Below are positions 1 through 9,321 of a stretch of DNA of 48,840 nucleotides, piece after piece; position 1 is the stretch's first letter, and each line of letters begins with the position of its first letter. The translations under genes were made by a program, and so were the position numbers. Source of the DNA: Nakamurella sp. Its GTDB lineage: Bacteria > Actinomycetota > Actinomycetes > Mycobacteriales > Nakamurellaceae. Below the pieces are notes generated by a model that did not search any database, was not told the DNA's origin, and saw nothing but the letters and a program-made list of their open reading frames with translations. The stretch covers positions 1-48,840 of the forward strand of contig DATDBV010000494.1 in the NCBI GenBank assembly GCA_036524715.1. The letters run 5' to 3'.

Positions 1-1
1 G

Positions 2-67
2 GTGGCCCGCATCGTCGCCGAATGGCTGACCGGCCTCGTGACGATCGACTCCAAGGTCTCTTGTTGA
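2..67 (+). CDS. Possible 3' end of a CDS entering from the left edge (…VARIVAEWLTGLVTIDSKVSC*)
   Basis: Open frame with GC3-rich codons ending in TGA at 65-67, just before the repeat array. Too short to identify. Confidence 0.35.
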   Translation: MARIVAEWLTGLVTIDSKVSC

Positions 68-70
68 TGG

Positions 71-516
71 CGCAGACCGCTCGCGCGGAACATCTGGTCG
101 CTCGCAGCGACCGAATGTTCCGCGGCTTCCCGCCAACCGGCGCCTTTCGGCCGCGCGGACCGCTCGTGCGGAACATCCGGCCGCTCCCGGGGACGCAATG
201 TTCCGCAACTCCTCGCGATCCGGCCGTTTCGGTCGCGCGGACTGCTCGCGCGGAACATCCGGTCGCTCCCGGGGACGCAATGTTCCGCGAGTCCCCGCGA
301 ACCGGCCGCTTTCGGCCGCGCGGACTGCTCGCGCGGAACATCCGGTCGCTCCGGGGGACGCAATGTTCCGCGAGTCCCCGCGATCCGGCCGCTTTCGGTC
401 GCGCGGACTGCGCGCGGAACATCCGGTCGCTCCCGGGGACGCAATGTTCCGCAACTCCTCGCGAACCGGCCGCCTTCGGTCGCGCGGACTGCTCGCGCGG
501 AACATCCGGTCGCTCC
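71..516. repeat. Tandem array of ~83-bp palindromic units (5 full plus 1 partial), REP/BIME-like
   Basis: GCGGAACAT starts at 85, 168, 250, 333, 414 and 497 (periods 83, 82, 83, 81, 83). Each full unit also contains its reverse complement ATGTTCCGC and a second GC hairpin. Confidence 0.95.
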
Positions 517-518
517 GA

Positions 519-1097
519 CTAGCGTTCCCCGCCGGGAACCCATAGCACGTCCCCGCTCGGATTCGCCGCCCGAGCCAGGATGAACAACAGGTCCGACAAT
601 CGGTTCAGGTACGTCGCCGTCAGCGCATTGCTGCCGTCCGGATCGGCCTCTCGCAAGGTCCAGGCGCTGCGTTCGGCCCGTCGCGCCACCGTCCGGGCCG
701 CGTGCAGCAGCGCCCCCGCCCGCGTGCCGCCGGGCAGGATGAACGAGTTCAGCGGCCGGAGTCCGGCATTGAACTCGTCGCAATCGGCCTCCAGCCGGTC
801 GACGTAATCCTGGGTGATGCGTAGCTCGTGCCCCCGGGCCGGTTCGTCGGCCCGGATCGGCGTGGCCAGGTCGGCCCCCAGATCGAACAGTTCGTTCTGG
901 ATCCGTCGGATCACCGTCGCGATCGGTCCCGCCGGTTCGCCGAGGGCGATGACCAGGCCCAATGCGGCATTGGTCTCATCGCAGTCGGCGTAGGCGACCA
1001 GCCGCGGATCGGTCTTGCGCACCCGACTGAAATCGGCAAGACCGGTCGTGCCGTCGTCCCCCGTGCGGGTGTAGATGCGGGTCAGGTGCACGGCCAT
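519..1097 (-). CDS. ATP:cob(I)alamin adenosyltransferase, PduO type
   Basis: [17 protein letters not shown] and [10 protein letters not shown] motifs. Divergent from murA. TAGGCT lies 6 nt before the ATG (leaderless geometry). Confidence 0.93.
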   Translation of the reverse strand: MAVHLTRIYTRTGDDGTTGLADFSRVRKTDPRLVAYADCDETNAALGLVIALGEPAGPIATVIRRIQNELFDLGADLATPIRADEPARGHELRITQDYVDRLEADCDEFNAGLRPLNSFILPGGTRAGALLHAARTVARRAERSAWTLREADPDGSNALTATYLNRLSDLLFILARAANPSGDVLWVPGGER

Positions 1098-1190
1098 TCG
1101 CCCAGCCTACGGCGGCGGGACGAACCGGCCCGCCGCACGCCCCTGGTCGGAGTTCGTGGCGGGTCGGCCCCGACGGTTACAGTGCCTGGC

Positions 1191-2456
1191 GTGGAACGCT
1201 TCCTGGTCACCGGTGGATCGCGCCTGTCGGGCACGGTCCGGGTGGCCGGGGCCAAGAACAGCGTGCTCAAGCTGATGGCCGCCGCGCTGCTGGTCGAGGG
1301 GACCACCGAGATCTCCAACTGCCCGCAGATCCTGGACGTGCCGCTGATGGCCGAAGTGCTGCGGGGGCTGGGAGCGCAGGTCACGCTCGACGGGGACACC
1401 GTCACCATCACCACACCCGCCGACCTGTCGTTCCACGCCGACTTCCCGGCGGTCGGCCGGTTGCGGGCGTCGGTGTGCGTGCTCGGGCCGCTGATGGGGC
1501 GATGCCGGCAGGCGCAGGTGGCCCTGCCCGGCGGGGACGCGATCGGGTCCCGCCCGCTGGACATGCACCAGTCGGGGCTGCGGGCCATGGGGGCCACCAT
1601 GAGCATCGAGCACGGCAAGGTGGTCGGCTCGGCGTCCGCCCTGCACGGAGCAGTCATCGGACTGGACTTTCCCAGTGTCGGCGCGACCGAGAACATCCTG
1701 ATGGCCGCGGTGCTGGCCCAGGGCACCACGGTCATCGACAACGCCGCGCGCGAGCCGGAGATCATCGACCTGGCGCAACTGCTCGAGCAGATGGGGGCCC
1801 GGATCGACGGCGCCGGCACGGCGACCATCACCATCGAGGGGGTCGACGGGCTGCATCCGACCAGCCACCGGACCGTCGGCGATCGGGTGGTCGGTGGCAC
1901 CTGGGCCTACGCGGCAGCCATCACCCGCGGCTCGGTACGGGTCGAAGGCGTCGACCCGGCGTTCCTGACCGCCCCGCTCGAGCGGCTGAGCAGCGCCGGC
2001 GGACAGATCGAGACCGAGTCTGACGCGGTCACCGTGACCATGACCGAGCGGGCCAGGGCGGTCGACTTCATCACCATGCCCTACCCGGGCTTCCCGACCG
2101 ATCTCCAGCCGATGGCGCTGGCCCTGGCGGCCGTCGCCGACGGTCATTCACTGATCACCGAGAACGTCTTCGAAGCGCGGTTCCGGTTCGTCGACGAGCT
2201 GATTCGGATGGGCGCAGACGCCCGCACCGACGGGCACCACGCTTCGCTGCGCGGCCGGGAACAGTTGTCCAGCGCTCCGGTCTGGGCGACCGACATCCGC
2301 GCGGGGGCGGGCCTGGTCCTGGCCGGTCTGGCCGCCGACGGGGTCACCGAGGTGCATGAGGTGTTCCACATCGACCGTGGCTACCCGCATTTCGTGGAGG
2401 ACATGCAGAAGCTGGGCGGTCGGATCGAGCGAGCGGGCGCCGGCTCGCCGCAGTGA
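1191..2456 (+). CDS. murA: UDP-N-acetylglucosamine 1-carboxyvinyltransferase
   Basis: [23 protein letters not shown] and PGFPTDLQ motifs. GTG start at 1191 with TACAGT 7 nt upstream. Confidence 0.97.
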   Translation: MERFLVTGGSRLSGTVRVAGAKNSVLKLMAAALLVEGTTEISNCPQILDVPLMAEVLRGLGAQVTLDGDTVTITTPADLSFHADFPAVGRLRASVCVLGPLMGRCRQAQVALPGGDAIGSRPLDMHQSGLRAMGATMSIEHGKVVGSASALHGAVIGLDFPSVGATENILMAAVLAQGTTVIDNAAREPEIIDLAQLLEQMGARIDGAGTATITIEGVDGLHPTSHRTVGDRVVGGTWAYAAAITRGSVRVEGVDPAFLTAPLERLSSAGGQIETESDAVTVTMTERARAVDFITMPYPGFPTDLQPMALALAAVADGHSLITENVFEARFRFVDELIRMGADARTDGHHASLRGREQLSSAPVWATDIRAGAGLVLAGLAADGVTEVHEVFHIDRGYPHFVEDMQKLGGRIERAGAGSPQ

Positions 2457-2520
2457 GCGTGGGCTGACCCGCTTCGGACACGTCGATCACGGTGCCGTTC
2501 ACGTCAATTAGGGTGTCCGG

Positions 2521-3264
2521 GTGCGTGTGGTGGTCGCTCGGTGCTCGGTGGACTATGTCGGTCGGTTGACGGCCCATCTGGACCCGGCCGTCCGGTTGCT
2601 GATGGTCAAGGCGGACGGGTCGGTGCTGGTCCACGCGGACGGCGGCTCGTACAAGCCCCTGAACTGGATGTCGCCACCCTGCCGCCTCACCGAATCGAGC
2701 GGCCGATGGACGGTGGAGAACAAGGCCGGGGAACGGCTGCTGATCTCCCTGGAAGAGGTCCTGCACGATTCGACACACGACCTGGGGGCCGATCCGGGGC
2801 TGGTCAAGGACGGCGTCGAGGCGCATCTGCAAGCTCTGCTGGCCGACCACGTCGGCACATTGGGGACGGGGTGGACGCTGGTGCGCCGGGAGTTCCCGAC
2901 GCCGATCGGTCCGGTCGACCTGATGTGTCGGGACGGCGGCCCGGTGATCGAGACGGTCGGCCCGGCCGACCCCGGCGTCGAGGCCGCCAAGGCGCGCGGG
3001 GACCAGTCGGCCGCCGGCGGGACTCCGGCCGGATACGTCGCGGTGGAGATCAAGCGCCGGGCAACGATCGACGCGGTCGAGCAGCTCACGCGGTACCTGG
3101 ACTACCTGAACCGGGATCCGCTGCTGGCCCCGGTCAGCGGGGTGCTCGCCGCGCAGAGCATCGCGCCACAGGCCAGGACGTTGGCGCAGACCCGCGGCAT
3201 CCGCTGCGTCGTCCTGGACTACGACTCGCTCCGCGGGATCGAGGTCGACGGAACGCTCTTCTGA
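2521..3264 (+). CDS. nucS: Mismatch-specific endonuclease NucS/EndoMS
   Basis: [31 protein letters not shown] and EQLTRY motifs. TAGGGT at 2509-2514 lies 6 nt before the GTG. Confidence 0.95.
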   Translation: MRVVVARCSVDYVGRLTAHLDPAVRLLMVKADGSVLVHADGGSYKPLNWMSPPCRLTESSGRWTVENKAGERLLISLEEVLHDSTHDLGADPGLVKDGVEAHLQALLADHVGTLGTGWTLVRREFPTPIGPVDLMCRDGGPVIETVGPADPGVEAAKARGDQSAAGGTPAGYVAVEIKRRATIDAVEQLTRYLDYLNRDPLLAPVSGVLAAQSIAPQARTLAQTRGIRCVVLDYDSLRGIEVDGTLF

Positions 3265-3402
3265 CGCACGAGCAACGACGCTGTTCGCGGTCGGCGGACG
3301 GGTGTGGGCGGGACCGGCCCGGCCGCTGCACTAGCCTGAACGGCGACCCGCCCGGGACTCGGACGGTGATCGGGCATGGTGACAGGACGATGGAGGTCTG
3401 GC

Positions 3403-3633
3403 GTGGACGTCAAGATCGGTGTGACGGACACCGGGCGTGAGCTGGTGGTGAGTTCGGCATCGGAGCCCGACGAGATCGAAGCGCTGGTTGCGGAGTCACT
3501 CAAGGACCCCAGCGGGACACTGGTGCTGGTGGACGAGAAGGGTCGTCGGATCATCGTCCCGTCGTCGCGCATCGGGTACGTGGAGATCGCCCCGGCCGAC
3601 AGCAGACGGGTCGGGTTCAGCTATTCGCCCTGA
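3403..3633 (+). CDS. DUF3107 family protein
   Basis: MDVKIGV…RELVV…LVDEKGRRIIVP…YVEI…RRVGF pattern. GGAGG RBS at 3392-3396. Convergent with TetR. Confidence 0.88.
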   Translation: MDVKIGVTDTGRELVVSSASEPDEIEALVAESLKDPSGTLVLVDEKGRRIIVPSSRIGYVEIAPADSRRVGFSYSP

Positions 3634-4280
3634 GTGGAGTGCGGCCGGCCCGCGCCGGCCGCCGGAGGATTGTCCTGCCTCGGGAATCTGGAGATCCCGC
3701 GCCACATCAACGCCGACAGCAACTCGATCGCCTCGGCCCTGGACACGTTCGGCGACTGCTGGATCCAGTAGCGGGCACTGACCTGGGACAGCCCGACCAT
3801 GCCGGAGGCGAGTAGCCGGGCCCGCTCGACGTCGACCCCGGTATCGGTGGTGATGGTGTCGGTGATCGCCGAGATGCACTTGTCCCACGCGTGTTCGACG
3901 ATGTGCTCGACTTCCGGTTGGCCGCGCAGGTCCGATTCGAAGATCAGCCGGTAGGCCTCGCCGTTGTCCGCGACGAACGTGAAGTACGCGGCGACCGCGT
4001 TGTCGACCCGCACGTGGTTGTCCGTGGACGCCCGCAGCGCCTCGCGCACCAGTCGGACCAACTCATCCGCGGATTCGCCGAGCAGGGCCAGGTAGAGCTC
4101 GAGCTTGGACGGGAAGTGCTGGTAGAGCACGGGCTTGCTGACGCCGGCCTGGACCGCGATGTCGTCCATGGCGGCCGCGTGGTAGCCCTGGGCGACGAAC
4201 ACGGCCTTGGCCGCGGCCAGCAGCTGCGCCCGCCGGGCGGACTTGCTCAGCCGCGGCGTCACCCGCGTCGCGTCGGTCAT
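3621..4280 (-). CDS. TetR/AcrR family transcriptional regulator (Rv3208-like)
   Basis: N-terminal HTH AMDDIAVQAGVSKPVLYQHFPSK. Confidence 0.93.
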   Translation of the reverse strand: MTDATRVTPRLSKSARRAQLLAAAKAVFVAQGYHAAAMDDIAVQAGVSKPVLYQHFPSKLELYLALLGESADELVRLVREALRASTDNHVRVDNAVAAYFTFVADNGEAYRLIFESDLRGQPEVEHIVEHAWDKCISAITDTITTDTGVDVERARLLASGMVGLSQVSARYWIQQSPNVSRAEAIELLSALMWRGISRFPRQDNPPAAGAGRPHSTQGE

Positions 4281-4347
4281 TGCCTACCCGAGTCCCTTCT
4301 CGTCCACCCGCGCTCACCCTACGCGGCCGGCGGGGACCGTCCGGACC

Positions 4348-5994
4348 TCAGCGGCCGGGTCGAAGGGGCAGGTCCCCGTACTCGCCGATGACGATCGACG
4401 CCACCGCGTCCAGGGAGGTTCCGGACAGGTAGTTGGACTCCTGGTGGTGCAGCTTCAGATCGACGGCCTCGTTGCCTATTGCGCCCACCAGTGGGCCGAA
4501 CGGGCCGCCGAACTCGACCGAAACGTCAGGGGCGTTGGACGGCACGTCGAGCACCTGGGCGCCGAAGTCGGCGTCGGCCGGATCGGGGCCGAACGGGGTG
4601 GGTTGGAGCGGGTTGAGCCCGAGGCCGTTCAGCACCCCGGCGAGCTCATCGGTCACACCCGTGGTGATCGGGTCGTCCTCGTGGGCGACCACCCACACAT
4701 GTTCCGGCTCGAGGTCGGGATAGTCCGCCGCGGAGGCGACCTCGACGCCGGCCCCCGGCGACCCGAGCAGGACCAGGTCGTCGAAGCCGGCACCGCGCGC
4801 CGCGGCCGTGGACACCGTGGTCGATCCCATCGAAAAGCCCATCCCGACGAACCTGGCGTCCGCCGGCGCCCAGTGGCGGAACAGGGTCAGATCCTGCACC
4901 AACTGCTGTCCGCCGACCCTGGCGGCCCCGTCGTTCACCGCGGAGGCGACGTCGACCAGGGTGGCCGCCGGAGTCATGGGCGAGCCACCGACGCCGCCGA
5001 GCGGGACGTCGTAGCCGTACCAGGCGATCACGGCGGTGCGGTCCGAGGGGTCGAGCTGCTCGGACCGGTCGCGCAGGGCGACGGCGCTGCCGATCCCGTC
5101 GCTCATGGTTGTCGGTGAACTGGACACTCCGGGGGCCAGGGTGACGACGTTGTCCGCTCGGGTGATGTCGCCGACGCTGATGGCCGCTCGGCCCTGACCG
5201 GTCGCGCTCGCCGACTCGTAGACCAGCAACTGGGCCTGCCCGCCCTCGGCGCGGGCCTTGTCCAGCGCGGCCTGCACACCCCGGGCGGCCGTGAGGACGG
5301 CGAGGTCGCCGGACTGCAGGTCGACCGCCAGCCGGTCCAGGTTGTCCCGGTCGATCGCCTCCGGCGTGCTCGCCGGGTCGTCCGCGGCGAGCCCGGGGAA
5401 GGCGGCCGGCATGGTCGCCCGCAGCGTGTCCACGGCGGCCGCGGGGTCGTCCCGCAACGCCGAGGCCAGCGTGTGCAGTGCCGCCTCGTTGCGGGTCCGC
5501 AGTCGCCGGACGGCGTCGGCCAGCCCGGCGATCGCCCCCGTGACCGCCGGCAGCCGACCGTTGCCGGCCGCCCAGCCGAGCAGGTCCTCGCCCGGCGGCC
5601 ACCCGGTGCCCACGATGCTGTCCTCGGTGCGCGCCAGTTCGGCCGGGCCGGAGGTTCTGGTCGAATCCAACGTGCTGATGACGTCGAGGGCGGCGTCGAT
5701 CTGCCGGCCGATTACGTCCCGGGCCGCCGATCCCGCCTCGCGGTGGCGCTGGACCGCCTCGCGCGGGGCGGGACTGGACCACGCCTCGGCCAGGCCCGGC
5801 AGCGCGTGGGCCAGGCGTTCGGTGCCGTCGGCCAGGCTCCGCCGGACGGCCGCGGAGAGCTCGTGCCAGGCACGCAGGCCCTCGACGTCGACCGCGACGA
5901 GTTCGTCGACGGCCGCGACCGGGTCCTCATGCCCCAGCCGGCCGGCCACGTCGGCGATCGCCGCGCGGGTGAGGGACCCACCGGACGTCGTCAC
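4348..5994 (-). CDS. Alpha/beta hydrolase (DUF1023/Abhydrolase_8-like) with helical N-terminal region, putative type VII secretion substrate, 548 aa
   Basis: AAISVGD…ADNVVTLAPG, AWYGYD, GFSMG nucleophile elbow, LLGSPG, DPI and C-terminal His region. GTG start overlaps the upstream stop (GTGA at 5991-5994). Confidence 0.75.
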   Translation of the reverse strand: MTTSGGSLTRAAIADVAGRLGHEDPVAAVDELVAVDVEGLRAWHELSAAVRRSLADGTERLAHALPGLAEAWSSPAPREAVQRHREAGSAARDVIGRQIDAALDVISTLDSTRTSGPAELARTEDSIVGTGWPPGEDLLGWAAGNGRLPAVTGAIAGLADAVRRLRTRNEAALHTLASALRDDPAAAVDTLRATMPAAFPGLAADDPASTPEAIDRDNLDRLAVDLQSGDLAVLTAARGVQAALDKARAEGGQAQLLVYESASATGQGRAAISVGDITRADNVVTLAPGVSSSPTTMSDGIGSAVALRDRSEQLDPSDRTAVIAWYGYDVPLGGVGGSPMTPAATLVDVASAVNDGAARVGGQQLVQDLTLFRHWAPADARFVGMGFSMGSTTVSTAAARGAGFDDLVLLGSPGAGVEVASAADYPDLEPEHVWVVAHEDDPITTGVTDELAGVLNGLGLNPLQPTPFGPDPADADFGAQVLDVPSNAPDVSVEFGGPFGPLVGAIGNEAVDLKLHHQESNYLSGTSLDAVASIVIGEYGDLPLRPGR

Positions 5995-6296
5995 CGGTGG
6001 CCACCGATCGCCGAGTCCACGATCTCGAAGAACGAGGCCGTGGTCTGCATGGCGCCGGCCATCGTGTGGCTGCGCTCGGCGAGCCCGGAGGTGGCGTCCT
6101 GGCAACGGGAGAGCTGGCGGCCGACCGCGGCCACCACCACCCGGGCGATGTCGGAGCGGCCCAGGCTCCCGTCGGTCAGCGGGGAGGACTCGCGGTGGCC
6201 GGAGCCGGCGGCCGCGAACGCCGTGGCCGCCTGGTCGACAACGTCGGCGGCTCTCCTGATGGCCGTGCTGTCCACGGACAAGATGGGTTCTGTCAT
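5991..6296 (-). CDS. Small (101 aa) Ala-rich helical protein, WXG100/EspC-like candidate
   Basis: ATG at 6296 with GGAAGG RBS. L-x-VD…IRRAA N-terminus and TA..F..VD C-terminus resemble ESX-associated small proteins. Translationally coupled to the hydrolase. Confidence 0.65.
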   Translation of the reverse strand: MTEPILSVDSTAIRRAADVVDQAATAFAAAGSGHRESSPLTDGSLGRSDIARVVVAAVGRQLSRCQDATSGLAERSHTMAGAMQTTASFFEIVDSAIGGHR

Positions 6297-6333
6297 GACC
6301 GTCCTTCCCGATGAAGTGCCTCGTATCAGGTGA

Positions 6334-6405
6334 ATCGTGACCTGGTTACGGTCGGGCGTCATCGGATTTGCCCCGGATGTGGAAGAAATTCGGACATGTG
6401 GACAA
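6334..6405 (-). promoter_or_regulatory. Paired DnaA-box-like element (copy 1) plus -10-like CACGAT
   Basis: Minus strand reads TTGTCCACATGTCCGAATTTCTTCCACATCCGGG (6405-6372), with CACGAT at 6339-6334. A near-identical copy lies at 12694-12727. Confidence 0.7.
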
Positions 6406-6495
6406 CGGCCGGCCAGTGGCCGGCCGAAGAAGATCGGTCCGCCGGACGATCCGCGCCACACTGACGCCGTACCGGTGCCGGGGCAGTATGGAGCC

Positions 6496-7587
6496 ATGAC
6501 CTCGACCCCGTCCTGGCACGTCGCCGGGCCGCCGGTGCGCGACGAACTCGCAGACTGGACCACCGCGACCCTGGACGAGGCCGAGTTGGGTCCGATCCCC
6601 GGCTTGTCGGTCCCGGCGCCACCCGGGCGGACCCAGTTGATCCTGGGCGGCGGCGTGAATGTCCGCTGCGAACCCGGACCGGACGGATCGACACCCGCCT
6701 GGTACGTCCACGGGCTCGGCGGCTCGTCGACCGACTGGACCAGGCTGGCCGCCACGCTCGCGCCACGAGCGACCGGATACAGCCTCGATCTCCCGGGCAG
6801 CGGCCGATCGGATCCACCACCGGGCGGCCGGTACTCGCCCGAGGTGGACGCCCGGATCGTGGCCACCACGATCGAGCGGGTCTGCGGCGGTCCCGTCCAT
6901 CTGGTCGGCAATTCCTACGGCGGTGTGGTGGCGACTCTGGTGGCCGCCAACTGGCCGCGGCTGGTCCGCACGCTGACGGTGCTCGCTCCAGCGGTGCCCG
7001 ACCTGCGGCTGACCACCGATCGAGGCGCCGATCCTCGGCTGGGCGTGCTGCTGCTGCCCGGTACAGCCGCCCTCGCCTACCAACGGCTGGGTTCGATCGC
7101 GCCGATGGCGCGGGCCCGTGGGATGGGCGAACTCTGCTTCGGCCGGCCGGAACTGGTCACCGATCGCGACTACGCACTGGCGGCCCGTGAGCATGGCTGG
7201 CGGGCGCGGCTGCCTTGGGTGTTCGAGGCGACGATCGCCACCCTTCGTGGCCTGATGAGCTGGTACCTGCGGGCCGGTGACCGGTCGTTCGCCGCGGCGG
7301 CGGGTCGGGTCCGCGCGCCGACCCTGGTCATCTGGGGGAGCCGGGATCGCCTGGTGGACGTGCGGCTGTCCAGGCGGGCGGCGGCTGCCTACCCCACTTC
7401 GAGGCTGCTGGTGCTCGCGGGCTGTGGGCATGTGCCGCAGATGGAGGAACCCGAGTCGACCGCGCGCGCGATGATCGCGCACTGGCGCGATGCACGGGCC
7501 GCGGGCGTGGACACACCTGGCTCGATGATCGAGTGCACGCCGGGCGCGCCGTCCCGGCCGCTGTCACCGCCTGTGGCAACCTCGTAG
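6496..7587 (+). CDS. Alpha/beta fold hydrolase
   Basis: VHGLGGS, DLPGSGRS, GNSYGG (GxSxG), WGSRD and GHVPQME motifs. Confidence 0.9.
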   Translation: MTSTPSWHVAGPPVRDELADWTTATLDEAELGPIPGLSVPAPPGRTQLILGGGVNVRCEPGPDGSTPAWYVHGLGGSSTDWTRLAATLAPRATGYSLDLPGSGRSDPPPGGRYSPEVDARIVATTIERVCGGPVHLVGNSYGGVVATLVAANWPRLVRTLTVLAPAVPDLRLTTDRGADPRLGVLLLPGTAALAYQRLGSIAPMARARGMGELCFGRPELVTDRDYALAAREHGWRARLPWVFEATIATLRGLMSWYLRAGDRSFAAAAGRVRAPTLVIWGSRDRLVDVRLSRRAAAAYPTSRLLVLAGCGHVPQMEEPESTARAMIAHWRDARAAGVDTPGSMIECTPGAPSRPLSPPVATS

Positions 7588-7588
7588 C

Positions 7589-9265
7589 GTGACCTGGGAT
7601 TCCGGCGCTCCCCGCCGGCCTGATGCCGGCGACGGGCCACCGGATGACGGCTCCGCGCACGACGGATCCCGGCGTCCCCGCGAGCGGCGTTCGGTGACCG
7701 GGCAGCCCGACGCCCCGTCGACAGGCGTCGGCCGAAGCCGTTCGTCGGGCGACCTGCCGCCACCGGCGGGCCGCTCTGGGATCTCCGCCCCCGCGTCATC
7801 TCCCTACCGGTCATCCCCGCCCAAGTCCTCATTCCCGTCATTCTCGTCGTCGCTGTCGTCGTCATCACTGTCGTCGTCATCACTGTGGGACGAGCGGGAT
7901 TCGCCGTGGATCCACGCGGAGGCGGCGAGCCGCCCCCGTGCCCAGGCCGGCTCGCAGCACTCGACCGAAGTTCCGCGTTCTGGTCGGGACGACGGAATCG
8001 GGAGACGTACGACACCCCGGGCGGGTGCGTTGCCGCGCTCGACAGACCGGTCGATCGCCGAAACGGCGCCGGGTGCACCCGACGCGCGTGCCGGGTGGTC
8101 CACCGCGGCCGGGTCCGCTGGTTCGGCGCGACGGACGTCGCCGGCGACCGCTTCCCAAGGTGGTGGCCGCGCCGGCGACCGCGGTGTTGGTGGTGCTTCG
8201 CGGGCGCGTCGCGGCGACCCGACAGAGCGCCGAACCGGCAACGGTCAATCGGCATCCGGGCGGGCCCCGGCGGGCTCCGGGTCCCGGCGTCCGCCCGATC
8301 CGCCACGCTGGCCCTCCCGGCTGACGGGCGGCGGGAGCCGGTGGCGGCTGGTGACCATCAGCGTGCTGACGGTACTGACCCTGCTCGTCCTCGTGCAGAC
8401 CACCGGCCGTTCCGAACCACCGGCACCGGCCGCCGCCCAGGAGCCCACCGGTCAGGGCACCGTCATCGGCTCGACCGCAGTTTCGGCAACCACCACCTCC
8501 GGGATCGCCACGACCGCCACCGTCCCCGATGACCCCCTCACCACCGGGCCGGTGCCCGACCCGAACATTCGCGACGCCGACGGCCATCCGGCCGGGTCCG
8601 TCGCCGCCGGGGCGCTCCCGGCGGGGGCCGACTTCGCGGCCACCGGCGGCGGTACCTGGCACGTGGTGCCGGGGACGGCGCCCGCCGTCGGTACCGGTGC
8701 CCGTGCACTGACCTACACCGTCGAGGTCGAGGACGGCCTGCCGGCGGACCTGGACACCCAGTTCGCGCAAGTGGTGGATGCGACGCTGGCGGACCCACGA
8801 TCGTGGATCGGGGACGGTCAGGTGAGCTTCGCCAGGATCGACAACGGCGATCCGGACATCCGCATCTCGTTGACCAGCCAGTTGAGCACCCGAGCCCCGG
8901 CCAACTGCGGCTGGGACATCCCTCTGGAGGCGTCCTGCTTCAACGGATGGATGGATCGGGTGATGATCAACGATGCCCGGTGGGTCCGCGGCGCCATGTC
9001 CTACAGCGGTGACATCGACTCCTACCGGGCGTACGCGATCAATCACGAGATGGGGCATGCGCTGGGCAACCGGCACCAACCGTGCCCGGCCAACGGTGAT
9101 CCGGCGCCTATCATGATGCAGCAGTCCTGGAGCACCTCGGACAACGACCTGGCGGTGCTGGATCCGCAGACGATCCCGGCCGACGGGAACGTGTGCGTGG
9201 CCAACCCGTACCCCTTCCCGAACGTGACCGCGGTGCCCACCCAGTCGCCGTCGCCAGCCGGCTGA
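7589..9265 (+). CDS. DUF3152 domain protein, membrane-anchored zinc metalloprotease (Rv3207c-like); start uncertain
   Basis: Low-complexity N-terminus, TM helix, YTVEVE, TLADPRSW, INHEMGHALGNRH (HExxHxxGxxH) and PIMMQQ. Confidence 0.85.
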   Translation: MTWDSGAPRRPDAGDGPPDDGSAHDGSRRPRERRSVTGQPDAPSTGVGRSRSSGDLPPPAGRSGISAPASSPYRSSPPKSSFPSFSSSLSSSSLSSSSLWDERDSPWIHAEAASRPRAQAGSQHSTEVPRSGRDDGIGRRTTPRAGALPRSTDRSIAETAPGAPDARAGWSTAAGSAGSARRTSPATASQGGGRAGDRGVGGASRARRGDPTERRTGNGQSASGRAPAGSGSRRPPDPPRWPSRLTGGGSRWRLVTISVLTVLTLLVLVQTTGRSEPPAPAAAQEPTGQGTVIGSTAVSATTTSGIATTATVPDDPLTTGPVPDPNIRDADGHPAGSVAAGALPAGADFAATGGGTWHVVPGTAPAVGTGARALTYTVEVEDGLPADLDTQFAQVVDATLADPRSWIGDGQVSFARIDNGDPDIRISLTSQLSTRAPANCGWDIPLEASCFNGWMDRVMINDARWVRGAMSYSGDIDSYRAYAINHEMGHALGNRHQPCPANGDPAPIMMQQSWSTSDNDLAVLDPQTIPADGNVCVANPYPFPNVTAVPTQSPSPAG

Positions 9266-9321
9266 CCGAGCCGGCCATTGCCCGGCTCGGGATCCGTGGC
9301 CGAGCCGTCCGGGTGGGTCCG

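Noticed and set aside
71..516. CRISPR array interpretation of the tandem repeat
   Set aside because: Sequences between the palindromes are near-identical rather than unique spacers, the period is about 83 bp, and no cas genes are in the window.
22..545. ORFs 22..522 and 198..545
   Set aside because: They are translations of the non-triplet 83-bp repeat, with frame-shifting repeated peptides and no RBS.
828..1190. N-terminal extension of MurA in the ORF track
   Set aside because: It overlaps the divergent adenosyltransferase gene. Homology and the -10 position support GTG at 1191.
6372..6405. oriC interpretation of the DnaA-like boxes
   Set aside because: Only two boxes per site, no AT-rich unwinding element and no dnaA/dnaN nearby.
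7853..7882. 15-bp tandem repeat in the DUF3152 N-terminal region
   Set aside because: Low-complexity Ser-rich disordered segment with no evidence of separate function.
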